DNA of 64,000 bases. Origin: an uncultured bacterium. Lineage in GTDB: Bacteria > Armatimonadota > SYMT01. Positions 1-9,266 of this stretch are shown piece by piece. The stretch spans positions 29,477 to 93,476 of the forward strand of contig CAZSRZ010000002.1 in the NCBI GenBank assembly GCA_964609085.1. The letters are read 5' to 3'. Each line of letters begins with the position of its first letter. The stretch's first letter is position 1. A program made the translations under genes and the position numbers. The notes below the pieces were generated by a model. That model made no database searches, had not been told where the DNA came from, and worked only from the letters and a program-made list of their open reading frames with translations.

Positions 1-467
1 ACGACCGGCGCCATGCTGAGGCGGTAGATGCCGGCTAACGGTGCCTGGTAAACGAGCGTCACGTCCGGGTCGAGGGCGTGCAACACCTTGCGCCAACCTG
101 CAGTTGGGGCACCGGCGATGCCCGCCGGGTCGATAGCCCGGGGGCCTCCCGTGGGCGGGGTCGCGATCTGATCCGCGGCCCGGTCCGGCCGCACCAGACT
201 CCAGGCGACCGCAATCCTGCCGTTCGGCGGTAGCAATGATGGCCGCTGGATCGCCACCGTCATCTGCCGTGCTTCCCGAGCCGAGAGACGTATGTCCCGG
301 CTCCAGGGGCCTCGGAGCGCGATGGGGCCGTCGGCGGCGCCTACCGGGCGACCTGCGGCGTCCTTCCGCGCACCGGCTCCAGAGTTGCCGCCAGCAGCCA
401 GGGCCAGTGTCGTCAATCCACAGCAGGTTGCCAGCAGAACGGCGTGCTTGAACGTGGTGTTGTTCAC
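1..467 (-). CDS. Partial CDS (5' part only; continues past the window edge) for a putative lipoprotein or secreted protein. N-terminus reads VNNTTFKHAVLLATCCGLTTLALAAG with lipobox-like LLATC.
   Basis: Minus-strand frame is open from a GTG at 467 down to position 1. It has signal-peptide/lipobox-like residues and high GC3 codon usage. It is absent from the ORF track because it is truncated at the window edge. Confidence 0.35.
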   Translation of the reverse strand, partial: MNNTTFKHAVLLATCCGLTTLALAAGGNSGAGARKDAAGRPVGAADGPIALRGPWSRDIRLSAREARQMTVAIQRPSLLPPNGRIAVAWSLVRPDRAADQIATPPTGGPRAIDPAGIAGAPTAGWRKVLHALDPDVTLVYQAPLAGIYRLSMAPV

Positions 468-597
468 GTTGCGGTCTCTCTCGGGGTCGGGTAGGCGAAT
501 TGCCGACAGAATTGGGACGAGCCTGGACGAATGAAGTTTCGTACGCGCGTTCCCGCAGGTCGACTTCCCCTCGGGCCAACCGAGATGGCGCACCGCG

Positions 598-1752
598 TCA
601 GCCCACTGCGTGCATTTCATCGCGGACGAACCGGTCGGGCTCTCCGCCGAGTCGCACGCCAATCTCTTCGCGAGCGCGCTGCGGATCAAGGCGGGCGAGG
701 GCCCAAACGGCGTGCCCGCGCACGAGCGGCTCTGGATCGTCCAGGGCCCGCACCAGTGCCGGAACCGCACGGGCATCACCGCTGTTCCCCAGGGCGACAC
801 AAATGTTCCGGAGGAAGCCGCGCCGCCGCGCCCGTAGGATTGGGCTGCCGTCGAACCGGCTTCGGAATGAGGGCTCGTCGAGGGCGAGAAGCTCGATCAG
901 GTCGGGAGCCTCCAGCCCGTGGCTGGGACGGAACGCAGTCTCGAGGCTGCGCAGGGACTTGCGGTTCCACGGACACACCTCCTGGCACAGGTCGCATCCG
1001 AAGATCCAGTTGCCTACCAGCGGGCGAAGCTCCCGCGGGATCGGTCCCTTCAGCTCGATGGTGAGATAGGAGATGCACCGCCGCGCGTCCAGCACGTACG
1101 GGGAGACGAACGCTCCGGTGGGGCAGACATCGAGACACCGTCGGCACGTGCCGCAGTGGGCGGAGGTTTCAGTGTCGGACGGAAGCTCTCGATTGATCAG
1201 GAGAGCGCCGAGGAAGAAGTAGCTGCCCTCTGCACGATTCAGCAACATGGTGTTCTTGCCAAACCAGCCGAGCCCGGCACGCCGGGCGAGATCGCGCTCG
1301 AGGAGCGGCCCCGCGTCGACATAGGCCCGACCCTCCAATCCCGGATCCGCACCGGACCGGACCCGGTCGAGGAGGGCGAGCAGGCGATCCCGGATGAGAT
1401 CGTGGTAGTCGCGGCCCACCGCGTAGCGGGCGATGCGGCCGGTGTCCCAACTCTGGGCGGAAGGGTCGGGGTCCCACACGCGGTGGTTGAGCGCCACCAC
1501 CAGGATCGATCCGCACTGCGGCCAGCCGATCCTGGGGCTCGCACGTCGATCGGGATCCCGGGCCATGTAGCCCATTTCGCCGTGGTGACCGGCCGCCAGC
1601 CAGTCGCGATAGGCGGCGGAGGTTTCTGCGGGCGATGCGGGCGCAATCCCGGCCGGGGCGAATCCGGCCTCGCCAGCCTCCCGCAGAAGCTCGGCCTTCA
1701 GGAATTCGGGGCGGCAGGTGCCGGGCTCCGTCTCGGCGCGGATCTCGTCCAA
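598..1752 (-). CDS. queG: Epoxyqueuosine reductase QueG (tRNA queuosine biosynthesis, 4Fe-4S ferredoxin-type + HEAT-like C-terminus)
   Basis: Two ferredoxin-type Cys clusters (CGTCRRCLDVCP ... CDLCQEVCPWN) and a HEAT-like tail (PLVRGHAVWALARL) typical of QueG. The likely start is a TTG at 1752 preceded by GGGGA. The ORF-track extension to 1992 is Arg-rich and non-protein-like. Confidence 0.85.
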   Translation of the reverse strand: MDEIRAETEPGTCRPEFLKAELLREAGEAGFAPAGIAPASPAETSAAYRDWLAAGHHGEMGYMARDPDRRASPRIGWPQCGSILVVALNHRVWDPDPSAQSWDTGRIARYAVGRDYHDLIRDRLLALLDRVRSGADPGLEGRAYVDAGPLLERDLARRAGLGWFGKNTMLLNRAEGSYFFLGALLINRELPSDTETSAHCGTCRRCLDVCPTGAFVSPYVLDARRCISYLTIELKGPIPRELRPLVGNWIFGCDLCQEVCPWNRKSLRSLETAFRPSHGLEAPDLIELLALDEPSFRSRFDGSPILRARRRGFLRNICVALGNSGDARAVPALVRALDDPEPLVRGHAVWALARLDPQRAREEIGVRLGGEPDRFVRDEMHAVG

Positions 1753-1874
1753 CGTGGTGGTCCCCAGGTCGGATGCAGCTTCCGACTCGCCGCGGGCGAT
1801 TCCTGTCTGCTTCACGGTACGCGAAGACGGCCGACCCGAGGGCCGGCCGTCGATTCGTGCCTCGCTGGAGAGCT

Positions 1875-2087
1875 TCAGGCGAGGGCGAGTTCGCGCCGTG
1901 GGCCCATCGCCACGATGGCCGCGTCCGCCGCATTGAGTGCAGCACGAACTGCGGCAGCGGCGGTGGCGGCACGGGTGGATGTGTCGCCGCATGCAGAGTT
2001 GCGGGCCAGCCGGATGGCCTCCCGCCAGGTGAGATCCTCGCCATCGAGCTGCAGGATCAGAAGGGCAAGTCGTTGTCGCTGGGTCAT
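1875..2087 (-). CDS. Small hypothetical protein (70 aa, Ala-rich; MTQRQRLALLILQLDGEDLTWREAIRLARNS...)
   Basis: Intact ORF between queG and the upstream oxidoreductase gene. It has a helix-like N-terminus and no recognisable family. Confidence 0.25.
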   Translation of the reverse strand: MTQRQRLALLILQLDGEDLTWREAIRLARNSACGDTSTRAATAAAAVRAALNAADAAIVAMGPRRELALA

Positions 2088-2217
2088 GTTTTCTTGTTAC
2101 CGCTGGTAGCCTTGTTGAGGGTGTTCAGGTCCAAACCGCGCCAGTATAGCACCCTTGTCAAGCCCCCCCCCGGTGCGGTGCGCTTAAAGATGATCCGCCG
2201 GGTTCCGATGCCCGCCC

Positions 2218-3225
2218 CTATGAGAACTCGTAGGTCCGACCGGTGCGGGCGCTGGTGTAGATCCCGTGCAGCAGCGCGGTCAGAGCGCGTCCGTCGTCGA
2301 TCGTGATCCGCATTTCGGTGCCTGAAGTGAGGGCGGCGATCCACTGGTCCAACGGGGTCGGGAGCGGATCTGGTAGTTTCGCCGGGACGAAGGTTCCGGA
2401 GAGATCGAGGGGAGACACCGAACGGCTCTGCAGCATCACCGGCGACCCCGGGTAACCCCGACCGGCGAACCCCTCGGTGCCGTAGACCTCCCAGGTGTTC
2501 GGTCCGCTCCGGTGAACCCAGGAGACATCGAGGATGCCGATGGCGCCACTCTTGAAGGTCACCACGGCGACGGCCATGTCGTCGATCGGGTAGGCGCCCG
2601 CGTAGTTGGCGATCGTGGCGTGCACGCAGCGGGGCTCCCCCAGAAACCAGAGCATGGCGTCCACGGTGTGGCAGCCCAGATCGAACAGGCTCCCGCCACC
2701 CGCCAGCTTCTCGTCGCCGAACCAGAGGCTGCCCTCCTTGAACCAGCGATCCAGGGCGGCGGCGTGGGCGATCCGGGCGCGCATCATCGTGATCGTGCCC
2801 AGCAGTCCGTCGTCAATGCACCGCTTCAGGAAGAGAGCCTCGGGGTGGGAGCGCTGCGGCAGCGAAATCATGAACTTGACGCCCGCCTGCTTGACCGCGG
2901 CAACCACTGCGTCCGCCTCCTCGAGACCGATCGTGAGCGCCTTCTCTGTGAAAACGTGTTTCCCAGCCGCGGCTGCGGCAAGGATGAGGTCACCGTGCTT
3001 GTTGGTTTCGCTGTTCAGCACGACGCCGTCGATCCGGGCGTCACCGAGTACCTCGTGGAGGTTGTCCGCGAAAGGGACTTCGAACAGGCGGGCGCCAGCG
3101 CGACCACGGGCAGGATCGTCATCCCACACACACGCGATCTCGGCATCCGGGTTGCGTTGGATTTGCTGCCCATAGCCGCGGGCGTGGACGTGGGCCATGC
3201 TGAGCATGGCGAGGCGAACGGGCAT
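2218..3225 (-). CDS. Gfo/Idh/MocA family NAD(P)-dependent oxidoreductase
   Basis: N-terminal Rossmann segment (VRLAMLSMAHVHARGY), the EKAL motif (HVFTEKALT) and a C-terminal GFO_IDH_MocA_C-like region. ATG at 3225 is preceded by GGAGGAG. Confidence 0.85.
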   Translation of the reverse strand: MPVRLAMLSMAHVHARGYGQQIQRNPDAEIACVWDDDPARGRAGARLFEVPFADNLHEVLGDARIDGVVLNSETNKHGDLILAAAAAGKHVFTEKALTIGLEEADAVVAAVKQAGVKFMISLPQRSHPEALFLKRCIDDGLLGTITMMRARIAHAAALDRWFKEGSLWFGDEKLAGGGSLFDLGCHTVDAMLWFLGEPRCVHATIANYAGAYPIDDMAVAVVTFKSGAIGILDVSWVHRSGPNTWEVYGTEGFAGRGYPGSPVMLQSRSVSPLDLSGTFVPAKLPDPLPTPLDQWIAALTSGTEMRITIDDGRALTALLHGIYTSARTGRTYEFS

Positions 3226-3321
3226 TGGCTCCTCCGGTAAGCAGGTAGTCGGTCGCGAGATCCGCGCCACTCGGGGAAGTGCGCCGTGAGGACGCCAGGT
3301 CCCTACCCGCTCAGAAACCGC

Positions 3322-4677
3322 TCACGCGGTGTCGCGCTGCCGTACCTGATCCAGCATCACGGCCCCCAGGATGACGAGCCCCAGGATCACCGTCTGCGTG
3401 TAGCTCTGGACGCCCATGAGGTTCATGCCGTTGCGGATGACGGCGATGACCAGCGCACCGAGCAGGGTGCCGAAGGCCTTTCCCCTACCGCCGGAGAGCG
3501 AGGCACCCCCGACGACGACCGCGGCGATGACGAACAGTTCGTACATCTGCCCGTAGGTCGGCGAGCCGCTGTTGAGCTGGCTGGCCATAACGACGCCCCC
3601 CAGCCCCGCCAGCGCCGCCGATAGGGTGTAGACGATGCACAGGACGCGCTGGATGGGGATCCCGGACAACCGGGCGGCTTCCGCATTGCTGCCGACGGCG
3701 TAGACTGCCCTGCCGCCGCCCGTCCTCGTCATCAGCAGGTGCGCCGTCGCGTAGAGCGCCAGGGTCAGCCAGACCGCGATCGGCAACCCCACCGCCGATC
3801 CGCGACCCAACGTGACGAAACTCTCCGGCAGCCGGTAGACCGACTCCCCCCCGGCGAGGATGAATGCCAACCCGCTTGTTACCAGCATCATTGCGAGCGT
3901 GACGATGAAGGCGGGGATGCGAAACCGCGTGATCATCAGCCCGGTGAACAGTCCGACGGCGCCACACCCGGCGATGCCGACGAGGCAGGCCAGCAACATG
4001 GCTGCGCCGCTCGCCTGCTGGGCGCCGCCCACATCGCGGATGAGTCGGGCGGTGATCACGGCGGAGAGGGCGATCAGACTCCCCACGGAGAGGTCGATTC
4101 CGCCCGTGATGATCACCAGGGTCATCCCGATCGCGAGGATGGCGATGACGGCAATCTGGTTGGCAATGTTCAGCAGGTTCTCGGGTTTCAGAAACACCGA
4201 GCCTCGGTACCTGCTGGGCACCGCTACCACAGCGCCTCGCAGCGCGGGGAACCGGTTCTGTGCGCCATCCCAGAGCGGCCAGGGGGCGGTCGCGCGGCTA
4301 AGCACCAACGCCGCCGCGCTCGCCTTTCCGGCCGACAGTCTGTCCAACTCTTCCCGCGTCTCCGCGGGGCCGCCGCTCAATACGGTGACGCCAACCCCGG
4401 TTATCCTGGCGAGACGCACCCGCAGGGCCTCTGCGAGGGCAGCGTCGTCCGGTCCGGCCGCGACGACGACCAGCACCCGCGCGCCGGGAGTCAGCCGCGG
4501 AGCGACCGACTCCGCCAGTTGCTTCCCCGCGGCAGCGCCTTCAGGCTGCTGGTCCCGAAACGTGGCCAGGCTGAAGAAGGTGCACAGCACCACCAGGGCA
4601 AGGACGATTCCGTAGTCCCCAAGGAACCCGCGGATGGCCTGTCGGACGGGCGAGGTCGCGGTCGCGCCGTCGGTCAC
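3322..4677 (-). CDS. ABC sugar transporter permease (RbsC/BPD_transp_2 family) with an atypical ~110-aa insertion after TM1
   Basis: Core IAVIAILAIGMTLVIITGGIDLSVGS is a ribose-type permease signature with multiple TM segments. The N-terminus holds TM1 and then a long soluble insert not normally present. It overlaps the upstream SBP gene by 4 nt (ATGA). Confidence 0.85.
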   Translation of the reverse strand: MTDGATATSPVRQAIRGFLGDYGIVLALVVLCTFFSLATFRDQQPEGAAAGKQLAESVAPRLTPGARVLVVVAAGPDDAALAEALRVRLARITGVGVTVLSGGPAETREELDRLSAGKASAAALVLSRATAPWPLWDGAQNRFPALRGAVVAVPSRYRGSVFLKPENLLNIANQIAVIAILAIGMTLVIITGGIDLSVGSLIALSAVITARLIRDVGGAQQASGAAMLLACLVGIAGCGAVGLFTGLMITRFRIPAFIVTLAMMLVTSGLAFILAGGESVYRLPESFVTLGRGSAVGLPIAVWLTLALYATAHLLMTRTGGGRAVYAVGSNAEAARLSGIPIQRVLCIVYTLSAALAGLGGVVMASQLNSGSPTYGQMYELFVIAAVVVGGASLSGGRGKAFGTLLGALVIAVIRNGMNLMGVQSYTQTVILGLVILGAVMLDQVRQRDTA

Positions 4678-5681
4678 CGGGCGGAGAGTTCTGGGTCGCG
4701 CTCGGCATCAGCCTTCCGATAAAGCGCGGTGGGAATCAGAATTTCCGGCACGGGCTTCTCGCCCTTGAAGTGATGGACGATGGCGGTGACGGTCTCCTTG
4801 CCGATGCGGTCGGGAAACTGGACCGGGTCCGCATAGATCTTGCCGTCGCGAATCGCTTCTTTGCCTTCGGGCTGGCCATCGAAGGCGACGATCTTCACAC
4901 CAGCCGCCTTGCCGGCTTTCTCCAGCGCCGCGCGTGCGCCGAGTCCCGAGGGATCATTGATCGCGAAGATGCCGGCTAGATCCGGATGCGCCTGGAGGGC
5001 GTCCTCGGTGGCCTTGAAACCCTGATCTTTCGCGCCGCCACCGTTGAGGGTGGTGACGATTTGGATCTTGCCGCCTTTCCCGGCGCCGTTGTGGGCCGCG
5101 ATAACTTCGTTGAACCCCTTCACCCGGAGAATGCACGACTCCACGACCGGGAAGTCCAGGATGGCGACTTTGCCCCCGGCCTCCCCCAGTGCCTCGATCA
5201 TGGCTCTGCCGGCTTCCTTACCGCCACCGTAGTTGTCCGTGGCGATGTGGGTGACCACCTTCGCCCCCGGAGCCAGACAGGCGATGTCCGCAGTGAAGAC
5301 GGGGATCCCGGCCTCGTTGGCCTCCTGAATCGCCGGCCCGATCGACTTGGAGTCGCACGGCGTCAGCACGATCGCCGCGACTTTCCGGACGATGAAGTCC
5401 TTCACCTGGTTTTGCTGTCTGGCCACGTCGAACTCGCCGCTGACCGTAGTTACCTCGTACCCGTGCAGACGCGCTTCGGCCGTCATGCTGTCCGAGATGA
5501 CCTTGAAGAAGGGGTTAGTGAGGGTCAGTACGGAGAGACCAATCACCCCTCGAGTGGGCGGGCCGGACAGCTCGGTCATGCCGTTGCCCGTGCTGGTGGC
5601 CATCTGCGGAGGCTGGGAGGGTTGGCAGCCGCCCGCGATGGTCAACAGGCAGAGGCCCAGTCCCCGGATCAGGGCTTTCAT
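4674..5681 (-). CDS. ABC sugar transporter periplasmic substrate-binding lipoprotein (RbsB/PBP1 family)
   Basis: MKALIRGLGLCLLTIAGGC is a lipoprotein signal with lipobox. It has the periplasmic-binding-protein type-1 fold (VAAIVLTP, GIPVFTADI, AINDPSGLGA). ATG at 5681 is preceded by GGAAGGA. Confidence 0.85.
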   Translation of the reverse strand: MKALIRGLGLCLLTIAGGCQPSQPPQMATSTGNGMTELSGPPTRGVIGLSVLTLTNPFFKVISDSMTAEARLHGYEVTTVSGEFDVARQQNQVKDFIVRKVAAIVLTPCDSKSIGPAIQEANEAGIPVFTADIACLAPGAKVVTHIATDNYGGGKEAGRAMIEALGEAGGKVAILDFPVVESCILRVKGFNEVIAAHNGAGKGGKIQIVTTLNGGGAKDQGFKATEDALQAHPDLAGIFAINDPSGLGARAALEKAGKAAGVKIVAFDGQPEGKEAIRDGKIYADPVQFPDRIGKETVTAIVHHFKGEKPVPEILIPTALYRKADAERDPELSAR

Positions 5682-5817
5682 CAGACGGTCCTTCCGCGCG
5701 CCCGGCCGGTCCCTAGCGTGCCGGCGACGCAGGATGGAGCGTGACAAGCCGTACCGGCCACCGCCATCCTGGCCGAGCGCATGCGCCATGATTACAGGAC
5801 GCCCACGGCTTTCCCTG

Positions 5818-6951
5818 CTATGGACCGGCTGGCGGAGGGTTGAGGCCGTTGATCACATCGGTGATCAACCCGAATTTGTTCGCTTCGATGCGTGTGCCGG
5901 CGTTTTGGGAGCCTGGAACGGGCGGCAGGTCGGAGGTTCCGTGCGTGTGGACACCGAACGCGTAAGGTCCCGTGCCTGGTCCGGGCACCAGCGGCGCAAT
6001 CCGGTAGATGGCGCTCCCACTCTGTCCGCCGCCTGTATCGATCTGGTACTTGAAGCGGTGCTCGGTGTAGGCAAGCATCTGGCCATTGTCGGTGTAGAGG
6101 TGGACGCCGGCGGCCCGATCTCCCGGGTATCCTTCGATGATGCCGTTGAGCCCGGCGTCGATGGTGGCGTCCGCGACCGTTTCGTAACCGAAGAAGCCAG
6201 TGGTGTTGCCGATGTTGCTATTGATGCGGATCACCCCGAAGTCCGCGTCGAGATTCCCGTCATTGACGAACCCAAGGAAGGTGAAGACGGCGGTCGCTTG
6301 GTGTGAACCGTACGGCTTGTACGGCCCGTCGAGCGCCGGGATCACCTCGATCGACTTGGCGAAGGCAGAGGGCGGATCAGCCGGCTTGTCTTTGTGAAGA
6401 TAGACGCAGTGTCCGGCGGTGAGCACCACGTTCGGGGCGACCAGGGTTCCGGTGCCAATGAACACGGCATTGTCCGAGCGGGTGATGTAGAGCTTGCAGA
6501 TCGGGCGGTCCGGGTAGTTGGTGGTCGGCGTGACCCGGACTCGAGTGTCGCCGGGCGGGATGACAGATCGAGGGCCCTGGGTGAACAGGTCCAGCAGTGA
6601 AGGGTCGAACGGGAGCGACTGACCGCCATCGCCCGCAAACCCGGGGTAGCTGGTGACGTCCGGGTTGGCCGTGGGCCGGGGACCGTTCCAGCGCCGTCTG
6701 CGGGATGGCAGCCAGGCGACGATGCGAGCCGCCTTCTTAGGCGGGAGCAGCTTGTGGCCCCGCTTCGGACCCCTTGGTGCCGGAATCGGTCTGGCGTTGA
6801 GATACCGATCACCCAGCCGCGCAGCCGCGTCCGCTGGGTGGAGCGGGAAGTTGGACCGCGCGGTCCCAGGCGTGGGAGCGGCCAACACCGCCGCGGTTGC
6901 CGCGACGGCGAGGGCGAAGAGAGGACGATGGAAGCGGAAACTCTTTCGCAT
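5818..6951 (-). CDS. Secreted trypsin-like serine endopeptidase (S1B / glutamyl-endopeptidase-like)
   Basis: Signal peptide, catalytic His in LTAGHCV and catalytic Ser in DTGGGQSGSAIY; the Asp region is present. Confidence 0.8.
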   Translation of the reverse strand: MRKSFRFHRPLFALAVAATAAVLAAPTPGTARSNFPLHPADAAARLGDRYLNARPIPAPRGPKRGHKLLPPKKAARIVAWLPSRRRRWNGPRPTANPDVTSYPGFAGDGGQSLPFDPSLLDLFTQGPRSVIPPGDTRVRVTPTTNYPDRPICKLYITRSDNAVFIGTGTLVAPNVVLTAGHCVYLHKDKPADPPSAFAKSIEVIPALDGPYKPYGSHQATAVFTFLGFVNDGNLDADFGVIRINSNIGNTTGFFGYETVADATIDAGLNGIIEGYPGDRAAGVHLYTDNGQMLAYTEHRFKYQIDTGGGQSGSAIYRIAPLVPGPGTGPYAFGVHTHGTSDLPPVPGSQNAGTRIEANKFGLITDVINGLNPPPAGP

Positions 6952-6956
6952 GCGAC

Positions 6957-7538
6957 TTACCTTTTATGGCACCGGCGGGCGGCCAGGCCGGCGGGAAGCA
7001 ACCCGGCGAGGATCAGTGCGAGGGAACCGGGCTCCGGGACAGCCGATGCCTGGAAGTCATCCAGCGTAAACGAGTGGCTCGGGCTGTCGGTGAAGATTTC
7101 GAAGCTCAGGATGTCCGTGTTCGCGGAGAAAACGCCTGGTGTGGAGACGCCAAGGTTGCTCGGAACACCGCTCACCTCGTTGATGAGTAGCGCCCCGGTT
7201 TGATTGAGGCCCGAATAGGCGCGGATGCGCAGGGTTTCGCACCAGGTGAACCAGGCGCGGAACGAGCGGACGCCGGAGTAATTGAAATTCCCGAGGATCG
7301 CATGGCCGTTGTCCTCGATCACGTTGATTCCCGAGTGGGGTGGGAACCGCGGGTCATTGAGCGAACTGGGCTTCTGCAGCACCCGGGCATTCTGGAACGT
7401 GACGCCCGCCGTCACCGCAAACTGGTTGGTGACGTTGGTGAGATCCGCAAGCCCCTCGAAGTCGATCACCGTTTGCGCGGAAGCCGGCACAGCCCAGCTC
7501 AGGCTCAGGATGCAGAGAACGCCGAAGAAGAATCGCAT
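6957..7538 (-). CDS. PEP-CTERM sorting-domain secreted protein (exosortase substrate)
   Basis: N-terminal signal peptide. The C-terminus VPEPGSLALILAGLLPAGLAARRCHKR is a VPEP motif + TM helix + basic tail, the canonical PEP-CTERM. Confidence 0.7.
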   Translation of the reverse strand: MRFFFGVLCILSLSWAVPASAQTVIDFEGLADLTNVTNQFAVTAGVTFQNARVLQKPSSLNDPRFPPHSGINVIEDNGHAILGNFNYSGVRSFRAWFTWCETLRIRAYSGLNQTGALLINEVSGVPSNLGVSTPGVFSANTDILSFEIFTDSPSHSFTLDDFQASAVPEPGSLALILAGLLPAGLAARRCHKR

Positions 7539-7589
7539 GGACGGATCCTCGCAGACTCGGGAGTGAACTCAAGCAAAACCACGGGTCAT

Positions 7590-8156
7590 CTAAGTACAGC
7601 GCTGGTTCGTCGCCGCTGTGACATCGATATGCCAGCCGGAGTCGTGGACCATCGTTCGCAGGCGTGCACGCAGTCGCTCCAGCCGCTTGCGGAGGGCTCC
7701 GTGGGTGCAGCCCAATAGACGGGCCACTTCCGGGCAGCCTCGCTCGTCCAGCAGACACATCCGGAACAATTCGCGATCCTGATGACAAAGCTGGGTTTGG
7801 AGGTCCCGCACCAACTCGCGCCACTCCCAGTGGATCCACGGGTCGTGCGCCAGCTCGTGGGCGTCGGGCTGGTAACTCGCGAGGAGACGCTCCGCGTCCG
7901 CCAGCCGGGCAGCTTCGCGGATAGCCAGCCGGATGGCCGCATGCCAGAGGTAGTGATAGAGTGCCGGGCTGTGGGCCGGGATCGTGTGCGCCCGTCGCGT
8001 CAGGATCTCCGCCGCAAAGTCCACGCCGAGGGCGTCCGCGTCCGCGGGCTGTAGCCCGGCGCGCCTGGCTGCAGCCTCCCCCAGACGGCGCAGTGCAACC
8101 ACCGCCTGGGGCAACAGGCAGGTCTCGCCCGCGAGGTATCGTCGGACCGGATCCAT
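7590..8156 (-). CDS. ECF (sigma-70 family group IV) RNA polymerase sigma factor
   Basis: Region-2-like segment (YHYLWHAAIRLAIREAAR) and region-4 HTH (DRELFRMCLLDERGCPEVARLLGCTHGALRKRLERLRARL). ATG at 8156; the longer ORF-track N-terminus is Arg/Pro-rich. Confidence 0.8.
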   Translation of the reverse strand: MDPVRRYLAGETCLLPQAVVALRRLGEAAARRAGLQPADADALGVDFAAEILTRRAHTIPAHSPALYHYLWHAAIRLAIREAARLADAERLLASYQPDAHELAHDPWIHWEWRELVRDLQTQLCHQDRELFRMCLLDERGCPEVARLLGCTHGALRKRLERLRARLRTMVHDSGWHIDVTAATNQRCT

Positions 8157-8313
8157 CGAGGCCGGCTCCAGACTGCAGCGCGGCGTGGGGACCCAAGCGT
8201 CTGGACCACCACCGCTCGATTTGCCGCTGGTCAGTTGCGGAAGTCGTGTGCGGATTCCTCTTGGAGTTTGGCGGGGCGGGCGCGGGCGGACGGTGTTGCG
8301 CCGCAACGGGAGC

Positions 8314-9246
8314 CTATGCGGGCGCCGAGGTCCGGTCGCGGGGCGTCAGCCACTGGAGCTTCGCGCCGCTCGGGCGAATCCGCGCGGGCGTGCCGTCCAG
8401 CAACTCGCCGTCCAGCGTGGGCACAAGGACGGAGGTCGAGTCAACTTGCACTTCCCGGACTCGCCAGGATCGGACGCCGGGGTGGCGCACATGCCCGCCA
8501 GAAAAGATGGAAGGGAACTGGCGCAGCAGCTCCAGTCGCGGGATGTCTCCCACGAGCACCACATCGAGCAGCCCATCGTCGATCACGGCATCCGGTGCGA
8601 TGCGCATCCCGCCGCCGTAGCAGGCCCCGTTGCCAAACGCCACCAGCCATGCTGAGCCGGCGTACGCCAATTCCGCACCGTCGTCGCCCACCAGACGCAT
8701 CTCGATGGGGGGAGGATTGAATCGCGGGAGGGTGCACAGCAGGGCTGTTGCATATGCCGGAGCACCGGTCAGCCAGGTGAATCGCGAGTTCACCGCCTGC
8801 GCAACGGCTGCGTCGAGACCCACCCCAGCGACGTTGACGAACACCGACTCGTTCCAGAGCCAGAGATCGATCGGACGCGTGTTGCCGCTCGCCACCAACT
8901 CCGCCAGCTCCGCAGGGGAGTTCGGCGCCGTCAGTGATCGGACGAGGTCATTGCCCGTCCCCGCGGGCAGGATGCCGACCCGCACGGTCCCCACCCGACC
9001 TGCGTCGTGGAGCCCCTGAACGGCATCGCGCAGGGTTCCATCTCCCCCGATCACGAGCAGCGTGGAGACATCCTCCCCCAACCCGGATGCCAGGCGACGC
9101 GCATCCCCTGGAGCAGAAGTTGGCAGCACGATGGGCGTACCGTGCCGAGCCTGTACGCAGGCCTCCAACTCGCGCAGCCGGGACTCCCCGCGCCCTCGCC
9201 CGGAGCGGGGGTTGCCCAGTAGCGCGACCCGACCCACCTGCTCCAC
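8314..9246 (-). CDS. Diacylglycerol-kinase catalytic-domain lipid kinase (YegS/BmrU family)
   Basis: VALLGNPRSGRG ... LLVIGGDGTLRDAVQGL ... GILPAGTGNDLVRSL are DAGK_cat motifs. GTG start at 9246, 20 nt below the upstream gene stop. Confidence 0.75.
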   Translation of the reverse strand: MEQVGRVALLGNPRSGRGRGESRLRELEACVQARHGTPIVLPTSAPGDARRLASGLGEDVSTLLVIGGDGTLRDAVQGLHDAGRVGTVRVGILPAGTGNDLVRSLTAPNSPAELAELVASGNTRPIDLWLWNESVFVNVAGVGLDAAVAQAVNSRFTWLTGAPAYATALLCTLPRFNPPPIEMRLVGDDGAELAYAGSAWLVAFGNGACYGGGMRIAPDAVIDDGLLDVVLVGDIPRLELLRQFPSIFSGGHVRHPGVRSWRVREVQVDSTSVLVPTLDGELLDGTPARIRPSGAKLQWLTPRDRTSAPA

Positions 9247-9266
9247 GGCGGTGTCCCTCCCGAGCC

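Noticed and set aside
919-2109. 396-aa plus-strand ORF (and several other 100-460-aa ORFs between 500 and 2100)
   Set aside because: Antisense to the well-supported queG gene. Arg/Ala/Pro-rich low-complexity translation typical of shadow ORFs in high-GC DNA.
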